A DNA stretch of 64,000 bases from the human T2T-CHM13v2.0 reference genome, Homo sapiens (GCF_009914755.1 NC_060941.1), one strand, 5' to 3'. Counted from the first letter of the stretch, positions 1 to 63,003 are shown. The notes: generated from the sequence alone by a model not told the origin. Numbers and translations: made by a program.

Positions 1-5962
<5,962 letters not shown>

Positions 5963-6351
5963 CTAGGAAGAGGGTTGAGCACCATGCAGTGTCATCTGGA
6001 CAGAGAAAGGCCAGAAACAGGGAAGTCAGTTTAGGAAAAGGTCTTAAGTCCCTGACCCAGGGCAGTGGGAATGGAAGTGAAGAGGCTTAACATGGAATCT
6101 GTAGCTCACTGTCTGTCCTGATCTGTGAGAGCCCTGCCAGCCAGAGCCTCTGTGGAGTCTCATCTGCACGTGGCACTGTGGACATGTCTGCCCCAAGTCA
6201 GCAGGCTCACCAGGTCTAGCCCCTGTCCTCGGGGACCTTTCCTTCTCCAGGACAGACTGTGCCCAGAGGCAGGCTGAACATATCCTAGGTTTCTCCTCCT
6301 GCCTCCCTGTGCTTTCATGAGGCACTGACACCAGGCAGGCATGTGTCACTC

Positions 6352-7175
6352 TTAGAACTACCAGGTTTAGCAAATAAAAATAAAGGATGCCAGCTGGGAA
6401 TAGTGGCGTATACCTGCAATCCCAGCTACTCTGGAGACTGGGGCAGGAGGATTGCCTGAGGCTGAGAGTTTGAGGCTGTGGTATGCCATGATTGAGCCTG
6501 TGAACAGCCACTGCACTCCAGCCTGGGCAACATAACAAGACCCTGTCTCTTAAAAACAAAACAGGATGCCAGTTACGTTGGAAACAGATAATTTATGTAT
6601 TTATGTATTTATTTATTTATTTTTGAGATGGAGTTTTGCTCTTATTGCCCTGGCTGGAGTGCAATGGCACGATCTTGGCTCACCGCAACCTCCGCCTCCT
6701 GGGTTCAGGTACTTCTACCTCAGCCTCCTGAGTAGCTGGGACTACAGGCACACGCCACCACGCCCAGCTAATTTTTGTATTCTTTTAGTGGAGACATGGT
6801 TTCACCAGGTTGGCCAGGATGGTCTCGATCTGTTGACCTTGTGATCTGCCCGTCTTAGCCTCCCAAAGTGCTGGGATTACAGGCATGAGCCACCGTGCCC
6901 AGCCGTTTTTTTATATTTTTAGTAGAGACCGGGTTTCAGCAGTTTGGCCAGTCTGGTCTTGAACTCCAGACCTCAGGTGATCCGCCCGCCCCAGCTTCCC
7001 AAAGTGCTAGGATTACAGGCATGAGCCACCGTGCCTGACCAGAAGCAGATAATTTCTTTAGGATAAGTATGTCCCATGCAATATTTGAGACTTAATTAGG
7101 CTAAAATATTATTCATTGCTTATATGAGATTCCAGTTTAACTGGATGTTCCTTCCTTAATCTGCCCATTCTAACC
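6352..7175. mobile_element. MER53-like hAT MITE interrupted by Alu monomer and Alus (6393-6560, 6600-7040)
   Basis: caaataaaaataaaggatgccag...ataagtatgtcccatgcaatatttgagac...ttattcattgcttatatgagattccagtttaactgg matches my recollection of the palindromic MER53 consensus. Confidence 0.7.
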
Positions 7176-8911
7176 ATGCCTCACTCTTCTGTGTTCCTGG
7201 CTCGGGGCCCAGCTTCCCTCTTTCAGGAAAGTTCCTTCTCTCCCATTTTCTGTTACCTCCTGAGGTAGTTTCTTTGTGGGTCCAAAAAGTCAGGAAGAGG
7301 ATGTACCTCCCAGGAGAGGGATGGTCCTACCAGTTTGAGGAATGGGTATCCCAGCTCAGTGCCAGGCGTGGTACCTTTGTGTAGCAGGAGGGCACAGCTT
7401 TTTGTCTAACCAGACAGTAAAGGAGAAGAACCTTTGCTTCAAATGCCAAAGGGACCAGAAGAGCATCAGGCCATAGGGAGGCTTCCAGATTTCTGCCTGG
7501 GGTCTTCAGGATGTACCTGGAGCCCAGAGATGAGGCCCTTGAAATTTGCAGTTTGCCTCCTGTACCTCACCTCATCCTCCTTTTCTCTTTTCCAGTTCCC
7601 TTCCTATTCCACGCACATCCACGAAGGTACTGGGAGCTCTTAGAACCAGACATACTCTGTTTCTAAGCTCATACTGTTTCTGTTCCAAAAACACCTTCAA
7701 ATTCTTCATCCACTAGTACCTCTCCTCCCCTCTTCCCCCTTCCTCCTTCCTGCATCCCAGCCTGGGTCGAGGATCCCTTTTTTGGATTGACTTCTGTTCC
7801 CTTCATGCTTCTTTCTGCAGTCTCCAAGCCTCTGGCACCATCCTTCTCGATGACGTTAGATGTCCTATCCCAAGCCATTTGTTGCTTGCATTTTTAGGCT
7901 CGAGAGACTAAAGAGAACTATACTAACTGCCTGTCCTTCTGGGGCCAGGGGCAGGGGAGCCCAGTCTAGGAGACCCCCCAACCTAGACACATGTAGCAAA
8001 CAAAAACCCAGATGTAAGGGGGTAAGTGGGTCTGGGGCCTTCCACTGGGTGGAATGTGGGAGAAGAGATTTGGGAGTGTCTTGGCTGTTACACATGCAGG
8101 GCAGAGGAGAGAGACCAGTGAAGGTTGGGAGGAGGCGGCCAAAAGGAGACAGCTTCATGCCCCCAGGACATAAATAGCCCGGCTGCTGCAGGTACTCACA
8201 TGAGGTGACACGACTGGGGACAGAACAGGCTGGAGCGGCGGGGGCGGGGGCGGGGGCGGGGGGGCGGGTATCTTCAGAACTTCAGTATGAGATTTTCCCC
8301 AAGCACAGATCTAGGTAGTGCTAGGAAATGTCTCTGGGCGGAGGCGGGCAGACAGGACGGTAATTACTGAGTCAGTAGTCCCGAGGGATGCCTTGTGACC
8401 TGGGCTTTCAGCTTCAGAGCTGAAAAGCCTAAGTGCTTATCTGTAGATTTCTCCTCTCAGCCCACAGCCCCAGCTCATGGTACAGGCAAGGCCTGCAACA
8501 ACAGGCAGGTGGACCTGGGTAGCAGAGGCCTGTAGAGTTTGGCAGAGGCGCCTCATGCTCTTATTTGCAGCCCTTTGCCTGTGATTAGTGGTTTGGCTTG
8601 GGAAACCTTGGAAAGGGCTCAGAGAACCAAGCTGCTGATTAACGCCACAGCTGGTCAACACAGCGGACAGCTGACCGCCGAGGTCCCTGTGGTCTGTGGT
8701 TCCTGCCTTTCAGGCTGGTGTGGGACTGGGGTGTTGGTTTGGATCCTAGAGCTGAGGTGTAGCCTTACAGCTCTGGGTCTCTCCTGGTGTTCCAGTGGAA
8801 CTAGCACCCCAGAGCAGGGCCCTCAGGGGACTTGGCGGCTAACTTCTTGCTGGGAAGCAAGAGACTTCATTCTCTGCTCCCGGCCTGCCCCACGCGGGGC
8901 TCTCTCTGCAG

Positions 8912-23568
<14,657 letters not shown>

Positions 23569-23622
23569 CCCTGCAGGCCTGGCCCAGCCTGGCCCAGATC
23601 TTCTCACCTAGGACTTTTTAAA

Positions 23623-23800
23623 GTATATATATATATATGAATATATATATATATGTGTATGTATGTATGTATATGTATATGATTATGTATATGTATACAT
23701 TTCCGTATGTATGTATATGTATACATTTCCGTATGTGTGCAGGTATGCGTGGTGGTGTGGACAGTGTCTGTGTGTATATCTGTACATAGATATAGACACA
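23623..23800 (+). repeat. (TA)n/(TATG)n/(TG) low-complexity tract in UNK 3'UTR
   Basis: direct reading; includes near-tandem duplicate atgtatatgtatacattt(t)ccgtatgt 23685-23735. Confidence 0.9.
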
Positions 23801-24931
23801 CACTTTAAAAGACTTACCAAGCACTTTTTAAAAGAAGAAACTATTTTGCAGTCCTCCCCTACCCACTCCCTGCCCTTCCCACTGCAGAGATGACATCCCC
23901 TCTTCTCCCACTGGCCTTTTGGCAGAGAATCTGGTTCTGTCTCTTTTTTAATGTAGGAACTAACTATTTTTAACTTCTTCCTGGGGCCTGAGCAGGGAAG
24001 GGTGGGACTGGAAGGCACTAAGGGGAAGGGAGAAGCCCTCAGGGCAGGCCCTGCTCCCCCTACCTCCTTGCCAGGGCAAGGGTGGAGTGTGGAAGACGTG
24101 GGTCCCCCAGAGCAGGCCTGGCCCCCAGCTGTGAGGGCCTCAGGGAGGCCCGAGGGGGAGTGCTGGGGGTCTCAGCTGGCTTAGCTCCTAAGTTTACCAA
24201 ATGTTAATTTAGTCTTGGGGAGAACAGCAAGGGCTGGAGGCCAGTGCTGCAGGGCCAGCCCCACTCCTGACACCTGGGCCCTTGAAGCTCCTTGAGGGGC
24301 AAGGCCCAGGAGTTCCAGCCCTCAGGTTCCTGAGGGTCCACCCTCAGTCCTTCCCCCCGCCGCCCCTCCCCGGACTCCCCACAAGAGCCTCCCTGGCCCC
24401 AGGGCCGCCTACCAGGCTGGTACTCATTCTATGACCACCGCCCCCAACCAGCTGCCCCCAGCTCTCCCTGCCCCCTCCCCTCTCTGGCAGCTAGCAGGGC
24501 AATTGGCGGGGAGGAGTGCGGACTGAGGACTGAGGACCAAGGGGGCCCAGGCCCTGCCCTCCTACCCGGAGGGGCTCCGTTTGCATTCCTTGGTGCTCTC
24601 TGAGTGCAGCTGGTGTCCCGCCCTGTTCTGGGCGGACGCCTGTGTGCGTGTGTGTGTGCCTGTCCAGTGTATATTGTGTCTTAGCTTCCATTTTAAAAAT
24701 TGTTCTGTACAGAGAGAGATGCAGCAGGGGCGGGAGGGCAGAGTGGGCGGAGGGGAGCAGCCGCACCCCCAGCACCGGGTGTCTGCGGTAGGAACAAGAG
24801 GGCTGAGAGGGTCTGGTCCTGGCCCAGGCTCCCCCTTGGGCTCAGCACGAAAGGGCTTTCAATGAATTAAGTGAAAACTTTTTCCTTTTTTACAAAAATG
24901 CAAAAATCAACAAAGCTCCAAACCTATTGGA

Positions 24932-24937
24932 AATAAA
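24932..24937 (+). terminator. UNK: UNK polyadenylation signal AATAAA
   Basis: AATAAA about 1.36 kb after the stop, in an A/T-rich patch, followed by G/T-rich sequence. Confidence 0.85.
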
Positions 24938-25271
24938 ATATGAACTTGCAGTGGTAGCTTGTTTACATGGGGGTGAGGGGGAGTGGGTCCCAAAAGAGGG
25001 CCTCTGAACTATGAGGTGGGCCAGGAGCCTTGCCTCAGCCATGGAAACGGCTGCTGCCCACACCCCTGAGCTGTGGTAAGGCAGCTGGAGAGGGCTGGAA
25101 ACTTCCTGGGCCCATCAGGCCCCAAGACAGTTCAAGTGCTCTCCGACCTAGGCCTAGCGGTTGATGACACAGGGACCCTTAGCCTTGGACACAGAGGCCC
25201 CCCAGGCCCTAGGACTCTTTAGGGCTGTGTGGTCAGCGGTGACTGGCAATAGGGCCCGTAACTGTTTCTCA

Positions 25272-25840
<569 letters not shown>

Positions 25841-26195
25841 TCAACTAGGCTGTGCGGTGGGGGGTGAGAAAACACCCTGGTGGGATCCTCTTTGCATGGT
25901 CTCGGGCCTTGGATGTCATCTCAGCTAACCTCGACTCCTGTCCTCATTTTGTGCAGACTCAGAGGTTCCGACATGGAACCAGGGTCACACAGCTAGGATG
26001 ACGTGATGACCAGGCCTCAGGTTCTGACACCCCCCAGGCAGGGGAGGGACCCAGCTCCTCTACGCCCTACTGTCTCAAGAGCAGCCCCTCAGCCTCAACC
26101 TGCACCCCTGGGAGGCCCCTGCTCACTGTGCTCCCCCGAGGAACGGGTCCCTGTCCTGGGTGTCACCACAGGAACTGGTATGCCTGGTAAAGCAA

Positions 26196-26201
26196 TTTAT
26201 T
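26196..26201 (-). terminator. UNC13D: possible distal UNC13D polyadenylation signal AATAAA
   Basis: second tttatt about 205 nt further downstream. Confidence 0.5.
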
Positions 26202-26400
26202 CAAAGCCCACGGCCAAAAATCACCCTAGCCCTGCCTCTGCCTCAGTTATTTCCACACCTACCCCCCTGCTTTGTAGCTACCCCAAGGTGGCGGTAGCTC
26301 AAAGTCCCCTGAGGGCTGGGGAGGAAGCTACCCGGCCTGGCTCGCATTCCAGGCCCCACTGTAGGCCAAAGGCATATTTTAAGAGGACAATGGATTTGTT

Positions 26401-26406
26401 TTTATT
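26401..26406 (-). terminator. UNC13D: UNC13D proximal polyadenylation signal AATAAA
   Basis: tttatt on +, in an A-rich patch about 710 nt past the stop. Confidence 0.85.
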
Positions 26407-27116
26407 AATTTTTTTGCTAAGAAAGTTTCTAGGTGGCAGGTGCTGTCCGGGGAGGGGGCGTGCGCAGCAGACACAGCAGCCAAACTGTCCTTTCTGCTTC
26501 CGTCTGTCTGTGCCAGCCCTGCCGCCTGCCAGCTCTTGCTCCCTCAGAGCCAGAAGGTTCTTGGCTCCAGGCTTCCTGGCCTGGATGCTGGCAGCCCCTG
26601 GGGAGAGGACCCAGGCCCCCTCTAGTAATGGCCACCACCCTCCCCCCAGGGCAGCTGGAGCCTCATCTTTGGCAGGGTCCCCTCTCCCTTTTCCAGGAGA
26701 CTCTGTGCCTGTAGCCCTGGTCCCAGTGAACCTGGCCCCCACCCCAGTGGCTGGAACAGGAAGGCCAGGAGGCAGATGGGCCAGGGCCAGGAGACAGATG
26801 GCCCAATCCCCTGCCCACCACAGCAGCTTTTCTGAGAGGCGGGCAGGGGCAGGGTTTGCTCCCCCTGGTGCTGGGATGTGGTAGAGACATTGCAGCCAGG
26901 GCTGGAGGCAGGGAGGCGGGAGTAGAGATGTCGCTGCTGAGCCCCCATCACCATGGGAGGCAGGGGAGGTCTGCACTCTGGGCACTCCGCATGCTGGGGC
27001 TCCCCAAGTGTTAGGCCAGGCTGGAGGGCCGCGATGTGGCGGGGAAGCCCCAGACCCTACAGGAAAGCCCTTGCAAGTCCCCACCGGGGACCCAGCCCCA
27101 CCGCAAACCTCTACGG

Positions 27117-43990
<16,874 letters not shown>

Positions 43991-44864
43991 GCGTCTCCCT
44001 GGAGGACAGCCAGTTGCTCAGCCTGCCTGGCCCCACAGGTGACATTCCTTGGAGATGACGGGGCCAAGCTGTGCTGGGCAGGGACAGCCCTGTGCCCCTG
44101 CCCCCACCTTGGCAGTCAGGACAGTGCTCCCTTCAGACACCCTTGAAGGGGGCTTAGCCAAGTCCCAGAGAGCTCTGGGCCAGGCTGGCCAGGAGGAGGA
44201 GGCAGAGGGGCTGCTGCCCGATCTCTCCTGAGGACAGACTTGGCTCCCGGGGGACAGGAAAATGCGCCTCAGCATGGGGCTTTCCTAGAGCTCTGTGGCC
44301 TGCCCACCCTGTGCCCAGTGCTGGGCTGGGGGACTTGCGGGCGTGTGGGCCTGGTCACGGCCTTTGGCCATTTCCCACCCTCCTGTCCCTTCAAGTTCAC
44401 AGCAGGGCACGTGACGTGGGTGGTGGCAAGCCGGCTTGGCTACCTCAGTGTCCCTGTCACAGGTCCTGACGTGCTCCAGGGCTGACTCGGCCTCCTCCCT
44501 CCAGCAACCAGGACTTAGGCCAGGGCTGCCATTCCTCGAGGAGCCAGCAGGGGACAAGGTGGCAGCCCCAACTCCTCCCTTCAAGGCCAACTCTGGGCCA
44601 CATCCACCTCTGTCCCAGCCAGGCCCTGGGGACTCAGTGGGGGAGGGACACAGCTGCTGAGCGACAACCGTTAAGAACCAGCTCCAGAGGCCAGAGCTGT
44701 CTTGGGGACCAGACAGGCTGGCTGGGCCGTGAGAATGGGGATCCTCCCATGGGAGGGAACCGTCCCAGAAGTCTCCAGGGCCCTCAGCGGCCAGACGGCT
44801 CTCCTTCCGGAAGAGACCCCCGGGTCACCACACGCAGAGCCAGAAAGGGTCCAGTTATTTCATT

Positions 44865-44916
44865 TTTACTATTTCACATTTTCAGCAAACAAATCGAGGT
44901 GCAAACAGGGTTTATT
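44865..44916 (-). terminator. WBP2: WBP2 polyadenylation signals (AATAAA 44911-44916; AGTAAA 44865-44870)
   Basis: AT-rich block about 1 kb after the stop. Confidence 0.8.
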
Positions 44917-45884
44917 TCACATTAATATATTAACTGGATTTTTTGTCAAATAAATAGGGAATTCTCTTTAAATAACCATCTCCTCACTTCATGGCCAGTC
45001 CAGGGACAAACAAGAGTGAATGTTAGCGCATCCAGGGGCACAAAGCTTAAGGGGAAGAAGCAGGCTGGGGGGCTGGTGGCAGGTCCCGGCCAGCACACAG
45101 GGTCAGGGGCCCTTGTTCCCGGCCCCACCCAGCAGCCACCAAGTGGACAGACATGCATTCTCTGGTTCCAGTCAGGAAGCTCCTTCTAGAAGGAAGTGAG
45201 AGGTGAGGGAAAGCAAATTCCAGAAACACCAGCAAAAGGCAGAAGGGCTTCCTCCCAGCCTCGGCGGCCCTGCCCCGACGCCACCCAAGCCCTGGAAGCT
45301 CATTTTACAGCTTCAAAAGTCACACAGGGTGGCAACAACATGACCCAGGACAGGGAAGGGAAGGAAGGGTGGCGGGGGCTGCAGCTGGACCCTGGCTGAG
45401 TGGAATGCGGGCGCGGTGGCCTTCTGAGACCAGCACAGACCAGCAGAGGGAATGTGAGCAGGGTCTGGCAGGGCCCGGGAAGACACCTGGCTGGTCTGAA
45501 GTGGCTCATGAGGCTGAGTGTAGCAGTGGGTGCCAGACTGAGGGAGCTGGACTGCGGTGGAGGAGGTGGCCAGAGAGTCCCTTCGAGGGGAGAAGCTGAG
45601 AGTGAAACAGGAACAGGGGATGCTCCGTGCTCCCAGAAGAGCCCCAGACGGTGAGGGAGGTACGCTGGGCAGCACTGTGGGCTCCGGGCTGGCATGGGAA
45701 GCTGGGCGGCACCTCTCCCGAGGCCGGGGGCCCTAATGTCCCACAATGCTAGTTCCTGGTAATTGTTTATGATCAGACCTGGAGGGAGAACAAGGCGCCC
45801 CCTCCCCTCCCCAAGCCCCAGCACAGCCCCGATGGGAGGGGTAGGGTAGAGAGATGAGGGTGGGAGGCAGGGAGGCAGGAGGGC

Positions 45885-54448
<8,564 letters not shown>

Positions 54449-56104
54449 AGTCTCTCCAACAGGGGTCCCGAGACTCAAAACGCAATGAGCTTGCGCCCCT
54501 CTTCGCCCCGCCCCTAGTGGCGTCTTCTTATTAGAGTCAGCCAATCAAAGCTCGAGTGCGGAGGCTGGCCCAAACACCTGACCCGAACGTCACGTGGTAA
54601 TAGTTTACTCCCTCCTTCCAGTTCCTCCTGCGCAACAAACAAGATGAAGACTACAATTCCCAGCAGGCAACGCCCCCGCAGCCTCGGCCTGTCCCTATGC
54701 TGGAGGAAGGATGCATTCTGGAACTTGTAGTCTCCTGGATCATAGGCCTGAATTGGTTCCACATTTTGCGTAACCAATCGGCTTGTGCCATCCCCACCCC
54801 GCCTCTTCAGCCGGACGGAAATAAACAGTTCCGCTCCTGGCAGGGGCGCGATCTTGGGGACTCCGGCAGCGCGTTAAGGGAAGTCCTGCTGGTCGAATGC
54901 GACCTGGACATGGCGTGGGAGCGCCGAGCTGTCCCCTTGTGGATGGGGAGCTTTCGTTCACTCAGCAGACGTTTATGGGGCGCATGCGTGACTCTGGGGC
55001 GTTTAGCTGAGCCGGAGGCCCCGGCTCTTGGGGACGCGGTGGGCTGGCGGCGTCGGATCACCCCGCCATCCATCTCACCACTCCCAGCGCTGAGCCCGGG
55101 GGGCGGGGAGAGTCCCTCATGGGAAGGGGAGGCCGTGTGCCCCGCCTGGCTCCCACCACGTTCGCAGGCCGGCCGGGCGCCCCTCGCAGCCCCCTCTCCG
55201 GCCTCGCGGTGGCGCCGCTCCCCCCTTAGCGCCCAGCGGGGTCCCGGCCGGAAGACTGAAGGCTGAGTGGGACTGGGCACGGCGCGAAACCGGCATCCTG
55301 ATAACTAGGATTTACAGAATAAGGCTGACTCCTGTCAGCTCGTGACCCAGCCCTGGGCGTCCTCCACGGGGCAGCTGTCATTCCCTAACCGCCCCCCACC
55401 AAACCCCTGCACCTCCGAGCTGAATCCGTGAGGCGGAGAGAGGGGGCTGCACTTCCCACGTGGTAGTTCCGGTACTCGTTAATGTTAAGGAATTAGAGTT
55501 TGCTTTTCAGTAGACAGCTGCTTTCCTGACTGTGGTGGCCAACCTCTAGATCCACCTGCTTGACTTCGCTTTCCAGGGAGGTCTCCTATGTGAAGAAACA
55601 AAGCTGCCTCACTAGAAAAGATCAGGAAACAGCAGCGTTCTGTGAGGTCCTGTGCAATACCAGGTTGGACCTTGCGGGACAAGTACAGTGGGTTAAGGAT
55701 AGTCATAATGAAATCTGCCCCAATGGTTAGATGTATTTTGGCGCCTGCAATCTCTGCAGTCTTTAAAAAGAATTAAGTCAGACTATGTGCTGATATGGGA
55801 AGATCATCAAGGGTTATTAAGCACAGAATGCTGTATACATATAGTTGTATTTGTATAAAAAATAGGATCTAGATAGAAAATTTTTGCAAAGATCCATCAG
55901 AAAATGTCTGTGGCATTTTTGAGACATGGGTCTAGGAATTTGGGGTGGATTGGTGACTCGGTATGTCAGTATGCATTGTACTCTTTGGTACTGTTTAATT
56001 TTTTTTTCCTATGTGCGTTTAAAATATAAATTTAGGCCGGGCGCGTGGCTCACGCCTGTAATCCCAGCACTCTGGGAGGCCGAGGCGGGCGGATCACGAG
56101 GTCA

Positions 56105-56891
<787 letters not shown>

Positions 56892-56899
56892 TGAGGTCA

Positions 56900-57465
<566 letters not shown>

Positions 57466-57627
57466 TCAGGTTTTGCCAGGCCTTGAAGCTTATACAATTT
57501 TGGAGGCTGTCTTGGTTGTTTATGTTTTTGTTTTTTGAGACAGGGTCTCATTCTGTCACCCAGGTGCGATCATAGCTCACTGCTTCCTTGGAACTCCTGG
57601 ACTCAAGTGATCTGGAGGCTCTTTTTA

Positions 57628-57925
<298 letters not shown>

Positions 57926-58415
57926 TCAAAAAAAAAAAACAACCCCACAATTATTCATTCACAATACTGTGGCTACAGTGAGGCCTCCTGACAGGAGGGG
58001 AAATGACAAGAAGAGGAAGTTGCAGTGCAGAGATAACAAGCTTGACCAGCTCCGGCTACAATGTCCAGAATTTCTAAGTTTTACAAAAACATATGACCAT
58101 GTGAACACACTTCCTGGGCGGCTCCCATGACTTTGGGGCTGGAACGTACCAGAACTCAAAACTCAAACCGAAGACTTCAACAATGGTTTATTGCTGAACC
58201 AGGTGAGCAGCAGGAGGCTCCCCTGGGCCCAGGTCTCAGTACTCAGACCTCTCCTCTGGCCTCATACTCCTGTCTGCCTGTCTCCAGATCTCTTTTTCAC
58301 TGCAGTATGATGCTCATATTCTCCACACTGGAGCACATCTTAGCGGTGCGCTAAGGAGGAGTGCAGGTTGGCCTCAGATACCAGCAGGCAAGGTCTGGGG
58401 CAGCTGAGCCCCTGA

Positions 58416-58703
<288 letters not shown>

Positions 58704-59768
58704 TAACACTCCCGAAAGTGTTAGGATTACAGGTATGAGCCACCGCCCCCGCCTGGTCGCCTCTTGACTCCCAATAAGATGAATCTGTTTGCCCCAGTGA
58801 GCCAAATAAATACCATTTTCACTGAACAAATCATTTTCTGTGTGTGCCATGACATAAAAGAGGTTGGCAGGCCCGTAGAGGTGGCTCATGCCTGTAATCC
58901 CAGCATTTTGGAAGACTGAGGCAGGAGGATTGCTTCAGCCCAGGAGTTTAAGACCATCCTGGGCAACATAGTGAGACCCTCCCTCTAAAAATTTAAAAAA
59001 AAAAAAAAAAAAAAGGTTGGCAGCATTTACCAAACGGTGGCTGTTTTTCCTTACCTTGACCCACAGTAAAAATATATAGGGCTTGAGCCCAGGAGTTTGA
59101 GACCAGCCTGGGTGACAGAGCGAGACCCTGTCTTACATTGTCACTCAGGCTGGAGTGGTGCAGTCATGGCTTACTGCACCTTCAACCTCCCGGGCTCAAG
59201 CAATCTTTTTACGTCAGCCTCCTAAGTAGCTGGGACTACAAGTGCACATCACCATGCCTGGCTAGTTTAAAAAATTTTTTTGGTAGAGATGGGGTTCCAT
59301 TATGTTGCCCAGGATGGTCTTGAACTCCTGGCATCAAGCAGTGGTCCTGCCTCAGCCTCCCAAGTAGCTGAGAGTACAGGCCCTGCCACCACCACATGCT
59401 GCTTAATTTGTATTTTGTAGTGGGATATATTCTGAAATTTTCTGTTTTATTTTGTCATCTTAAAAAATTGCTGCAAGCAGCCGGGCGCAGTTGCTGACGC
59501 CTGTAAATCCAGCACTTTGGGAGGCCGAGGCAGGCGGATCACGAGGTCAGGAGATCAAGACCATCCTGGCTAACACGGTGAAACCCTGTCTCTACTAAAA
59601 AAAAAAAATACAAAAAAATTAGCCGGGTGTGGTGGTGAGCACCTGTAGTCCCAGCTACTCAGGAGGCTGAGGCAGGAGAATGGCGTGAACCCAGGAGGCG
59701 GAGCTTGCAGTGAGCAGAGATCGAGCCACTGCACTCCAGTCTCGGCGACAGAGTGAGACTCCGTCTCA

Positions 59769-60101
<333 letters not shown>

Positions 60102-60374
60102 TCACGGCGGACACTTGAGGTCAGGAGTTTGAGACCAGCCTGGCCAACATGGTGAAGCCCCCATCTCTACTAAAAATACAAAAAGTTAGCCGGGGGTGGT
60201 GGAGCGCACCTGTAGTCCCAGCTACTCAGGAGGCTGAGGTGGGAGGATTGCTTCGCTCAGGAGGCAGAGGCTGCAGTGAGCTGAGTTCGCACCATTGCAC
60301 TCCAGCCTGGGTGACAGAGTGAGACCCCCATCTCAAAAAACAAAACAAAACACCAAAATCAACAATAATACAGA

Positions 60375-61865
<1,491 letters not shown>

Positions 61866-62012
61866 GGCATCATCCCCAAAATGTGCTTGGCCCAGGGCAG
61901 TGGGGCCTCAGCTGCAGCTAGAAGCCCTTGGAGCCGGGCGCAGTGGCTCACACCTGTAATCCCAGCACTTTGGGAGGCCGAGGCGGGTGGATTACCTGAG
62001 GTTGGGAGTTCA

Positions 62013-62252
<240 letters not shown>

Positions 62253-62338
62253 TCAGACGGTCGGCATCTGAGCAGCAGCAGACCCAGTGGAGAACAGAGT
62301 GGAGGCTCTCCCATCTGAGGCCCCGGTGGGGTGGCTCA

Positions 62339-62707
<369 letters not shown>

Positions 62708-62908
62708 TTAGGTCAGGAGTTTGAGACCAGCCTGGCCAACATGGTGAAACCCTGTCCCTACTAAAAATACAAAAATTAGCCAGGCATGGTGGTGGGCGCC
62801 TGTAATCCCAGCTACTCAGGAGGCTGAGGCAGGAGAATCACTTGAACCTGGGAGGCAGAGGTTGCAGTAAGCCAAGATTGTACGCTCCAGCCTGGATGAC
62901 TCCGTCTC

Positions 62909-62953
<45 letters not shown>
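62909..62953 (+). repeat. (AAT)15 microsatellite in Alu tail
   Basis: direct reading. Confidence 0.93.
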
Positions 62954-62954
<1 letters not shown>

Positions 62955-63003
62955 GTGATTCTACTGAGGGGGAAGATGCCCCTCCCCATATGCCTGAAGT
63001 TGA

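Noticed and set aside
26003-27084. Long ORFs 26003-26884 (+, 293 aa) and 26299-27084 (-, 261 aa)
   Set aside because: GC-rich stop-poor frames over the UNC13D 3'UTR; no domain signal, and the minus ORF runs through the poly(A) signal.
54697-55280. ORFs of 189 aa (+) and 157 aa (-) in the CpG island
   Set aside because: Pro/Arg/Ala/Gly-rich frames expected from CpG-island composition.
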